Below, one piece after another: positions 60,059 to 64,000 of a DNA stretch of 64,000 bases. The stretch comes from Geosiphon pyriformis uo1. Its lineage: Eukaryota; Fungi; Glomeromycota. The first letter of the stretch is position 1. Every line of letters starts with the position of its first letter. The DNA is taken from contig JAAOMT010000586.1 in assembly GCA_016748015.1 (NCBI GenBank), forward strand, positions 541,483 through 605,482, written 5' to 3'. Under the pieces are notes generated by a model that did no database searches, was not told where the DNA came from, and worked only from the letters and a program-made list of their open reading frames with translations. The translations under genes and the position numbers were made by a program.

Positions 60059-63000
60059 TACTAAATACTGTTTTAATATTAGCAGCAAACATATCTAAAA
60101 ACATATTATGTAGCATAATAACAGCAAAAGAGAAACCAGTTTTAAAAATTACCAAAAACTTGGCAATTTTAAGAGTATTTAAACAAACAAAGCTTATAAA
60201 CTCAACCAAAAAAGCAGTTTCTAAAAACTTTTAAAAAGCAAATTTTATATAAAAAAGCTTTATATTGTTTTTTAATACTAATTTCACATTCAAAAAACCA
60301 TGCACAAACTTGAAAACAGTTTTAATATAAGCTAATTTAATCTTAAAAATTGCATTAAACACCAAAGTAGAAGTCATTTATCTAGAAAACTTTTAATAAT
60401 CAATAATAATTTTTTAAGCACCATTAACAACAGCATTAAAAACCAAAGAAGCCAATGATAAATTAGTTTCTATTTGGTTAATCCAATTCTTAAAAACAGA
60501 TAACTTAACAAGAGACTGTTGTTTTGCTTCTAAAATAAGCAAAAATCCGCTAAAAAATATTATATTTGGCAATACAACTAGCAGTTAATTTTGGTCTATC
60601 TTAAATAATATGTTAAATAATATATTAAAAATTTTATTCAAGATTTTATCTAAAATCACAAAAGAGTTTAATATAATAATAGCAAAAACAAATAGTTGTT
60701 CTTATTTTTTGAAATTTTTAGTCTTTTTGGCTATTTTTAAAGAAGTAGTATAGTTAGGAAAAAGAGCTTATTAACTAGTCTACTATTAAAAACTTTTAGG
60801 CTTTTAGTAGAAGTAAAGACAATATTAGGACTAATTTAAGTATGTTTTTTTGGGAGAACTTTAATTAGTAAAAAACTAGTTAAAGATAAAAAAAATATTT
60901 TAGCAGTTACCAAAAACAGTTTTTTACTATTATTATTTAAAAAAAAGCTTCTAAAACATTTTGTTTAACTGTTTTTACAACAGAAAAAACTTTTTTAATT
61001 GAAACTTTATTAAATATCTTAAAAGAAATATTAGATACAGCTTTTTTGTTTTAATTATAGTTATAAAATTAAAAAAACAAAAATTTTTTTTTTAAGTAAT
61101 AATATTATTAATTGTTTAAAAATATGTGGTCTTAATATTAGAAATAGTATTAAGAAAACTAAATTATTTTTTAGTAAATTTATTTTTATTAGTTAAAATT
61201 TAAATAATATTATAAAAAAACTTAGTAGACTAAATTTATTTTTAATCTTTTTTAATTTAATTTAATTAATATTTTAATTAATTCAAATAGTTGATTACAT
61301 ATAAAAATATGTTTAATTTAAGTTATTTAATTAACATATTATATTAAATAGTATTTGGATATATTTTGTTAAAACTTAATAAAAAAAACAATAATATTAA
61401 TTTTAAGAAAAATTTTATTGTTTTTAAATTTTTTATTAATTATATAATATAAATACTTAATAATATTAGATTATATAAATAGTTTATTAAGATGGTTTTT
61501 TTAAAATATTTAATAATACTGTTATTATTTTTTTAATTTAAATTTAAATATAAATATTAATATATTCAATATTTTGTTTTTATTTTAATTAAATTTTAGA
61601 TTATTGTTTTGGTCTTAAATTATATAATTAAATTTAATTATATTTAAATAGTTAATAATATTTAAATAATTAAGTAATTTTAAATTTTTATAAGATTATA
61701 ATAAAAAACATTTTAATTTTTAAAAATATTAAATTAAACATAATTATATTGTTAATATTATTAAAAAAAAATTTTTTGTTAATTAATTTAAATTTAAAAA
61801 TATTTTAACATTGTTAAAAATATAATTGTTAACAACTTAATTAATAAAATAACCAAATTTAAGTATTATTTATTGGTGTATATTAATAAAAAATTTATTA
61901 AGAAAAATAATATAAAAATGTTTAATAATATTTATTGTCTTATTAATACATTGGATAATATTGTAAATTATTCTTAATGAAAAGTTTTAAGTATATAAAT
62001 AAAAATTTAATTTAAAATATCAACTGGTTTAAATTTGCAATTGTTAAATATTTTAATAAAAAACTTAAATTAGATTTTATTAACCAAAAAACAGCTGGTT
62101 TATGCACATATTTAATAAAAACTTTATACAAAAAACTGTTAATCATGATTAAAAAAAAATTGTATAAATCTAAATATCCAAGTATTATAAAAAAAAAGAA
62201 TTTAAATCATGTATTTTTGTATATATCTGACTTAACTAAAAAATTACTTGTTAATAAATGTGCACATAAATAAAGATTATTGTTCAAAGCTTTGATAACA
62301 TTGTTTTTGGTCTTGCAATTATTAAATCAAACTAAAGACAATAATGGTGTTTATATAATATTAATTAAAGATATATAGTTCAAGACCTAATATGTAAAAT
62401 CTGTTGAGTGTGTAGTTTTGCAATTAATCATTAAGACCAAATTTGGGTTCCAAATGCAAAATTGAGATCAAAGTGCAAAAGGTTGGATTTGATTATTAGC
62501 AATAGCTTTGTGATTTCGGATGTTGGTAGTAGACCATGCATATTTGATAAAGGGAAAGTTCGCAAAAATGGTTTCACCAGGGATTTGCTTGTTCATTTTG
62601 ATATGTGTAATGTTAATTGCTGGTCACATGTAGCAAAAACATGAGTCGAGCCTAATTTATGACATATATGTTGTATTTTTAATAATGATTTAATTAATAA
62701 GTCAATAATTAATTTTTAAACATACAAAATTAAACATAAAATATAATTAATTTAATTAATATTGACGTGGTGGGTTGGTAATAAAGAGGATATCCCAAAA
62801 ACCTTGGCCTAAACAACAAACGCAAGATTCGCAATTCCTAAAAGGCTTCGTCTGCTATAATTCCTTAACTTAGGTTTATTATGTCCAAGAAAGGGCGGCG
62901 AGTAAAAAAATCAACGCGAGTGGAAACGACAAGCAAACAGGAAGGAACTGAAAATATCCACGTCGCAAGTGAAATGGCAGAAAATGATCTTAGCTCTTGG

Positions 63001-63281
63001 TGGTCATAAACATTAAGCAGGTTGAGTACAGCAAGCACCCGAGCGAAAGGAACAAAATCCAACGGGACGCGTGTTTTGTACTTATTTGTTACAGGTAAAA
63101 AGTGAGTACCTCATGAAAAATGAGTTCGTAAAATATACTTGTTTTCAAGTTGTCGACATAATTTTACGACAAAGTATGATGATGTTAAATTCTATTCAAG
63201 AAATCGATAATCAGTGTAACGTAATGCCCTCAAAATTCTAGAGTTTTCCATAGAATCAATTATATAACTCTGACACATATC

Positions 63282-64000
<719 letters not shown>

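Larger units (their letters stand above)
57730..61092 (-). mobile_element. Second decayed copy of the gag-only family ORF, interrupted by Tc1/mariner
   Basis: 60061-61090 is collinear with 21813-22870 (ORF 60024-60209), and 57960-58701 with ~20060-20230 plus 21225-21810. 3' UTR not visible. Confidence 0.8.

Noticed and set aside
61100-62400. Near-pure A/T stretch as a possible centromere, origin or MITE
   Set aside because: Indistinguishable from end-stage converted TE sequence; no TIR or TSD found.
62770-63130. CpG-rich patch with a short ORF 62881-63009 (MSKKGRRVKK...) and ORF 62865-63062
   Set aside because: Too short, with no recognisable domain or convincing splice structure; may be a small gene or UTR but unsupported.

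Overview
AT-rich eukaryotic fungal DNA. Short GT-AG introns, an ELMO gene and the TE protein style suggest Glomeromycotina/Mucoromycota, possibly Geosiphon-like; this taxonomy is inference only. About 80% of the window is nested, decayed transposable elements. These include four near-full-length APE-RT-RNaseH LINEs (1334-7797 -, 10160-16932 +, 24661-31455 +, 34691-41571 +), an older LINE split by later insertions, and 5'-truncated LINE tails. There are also three LTRs of one family (a 3' LTR with PPT and an extra ORF, plus two solo LTRs with 4-bp TSDs), a Gypsy relic and a Tc1/mariner element. A CpG-rich host gene island (ELMO; RING+RRM protein; unknown disordered protein) lies at ~42-51.5 kb, and the 3' part of a CDF zinc transporter is at the right edge. 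Two things stand out. (1) Every repeat shows strongly directional C->T/G->A mutation at CpG and non-CpG sites, graded with insertion order and sparing host genes; this looks like RIP-like hypermutation with a non-Neurospora context. (2) A TSD-flanked, ORF1(gag)-only non-LTR element carries the LINE 5' motif and the LINE 3' UTR/tail but no ORF2, i.e. a HAL1-like non-autonomous element, with two further decayed relatives in the window. All alignments were done by eye; boundaries in very AT-rich relics are approximate.
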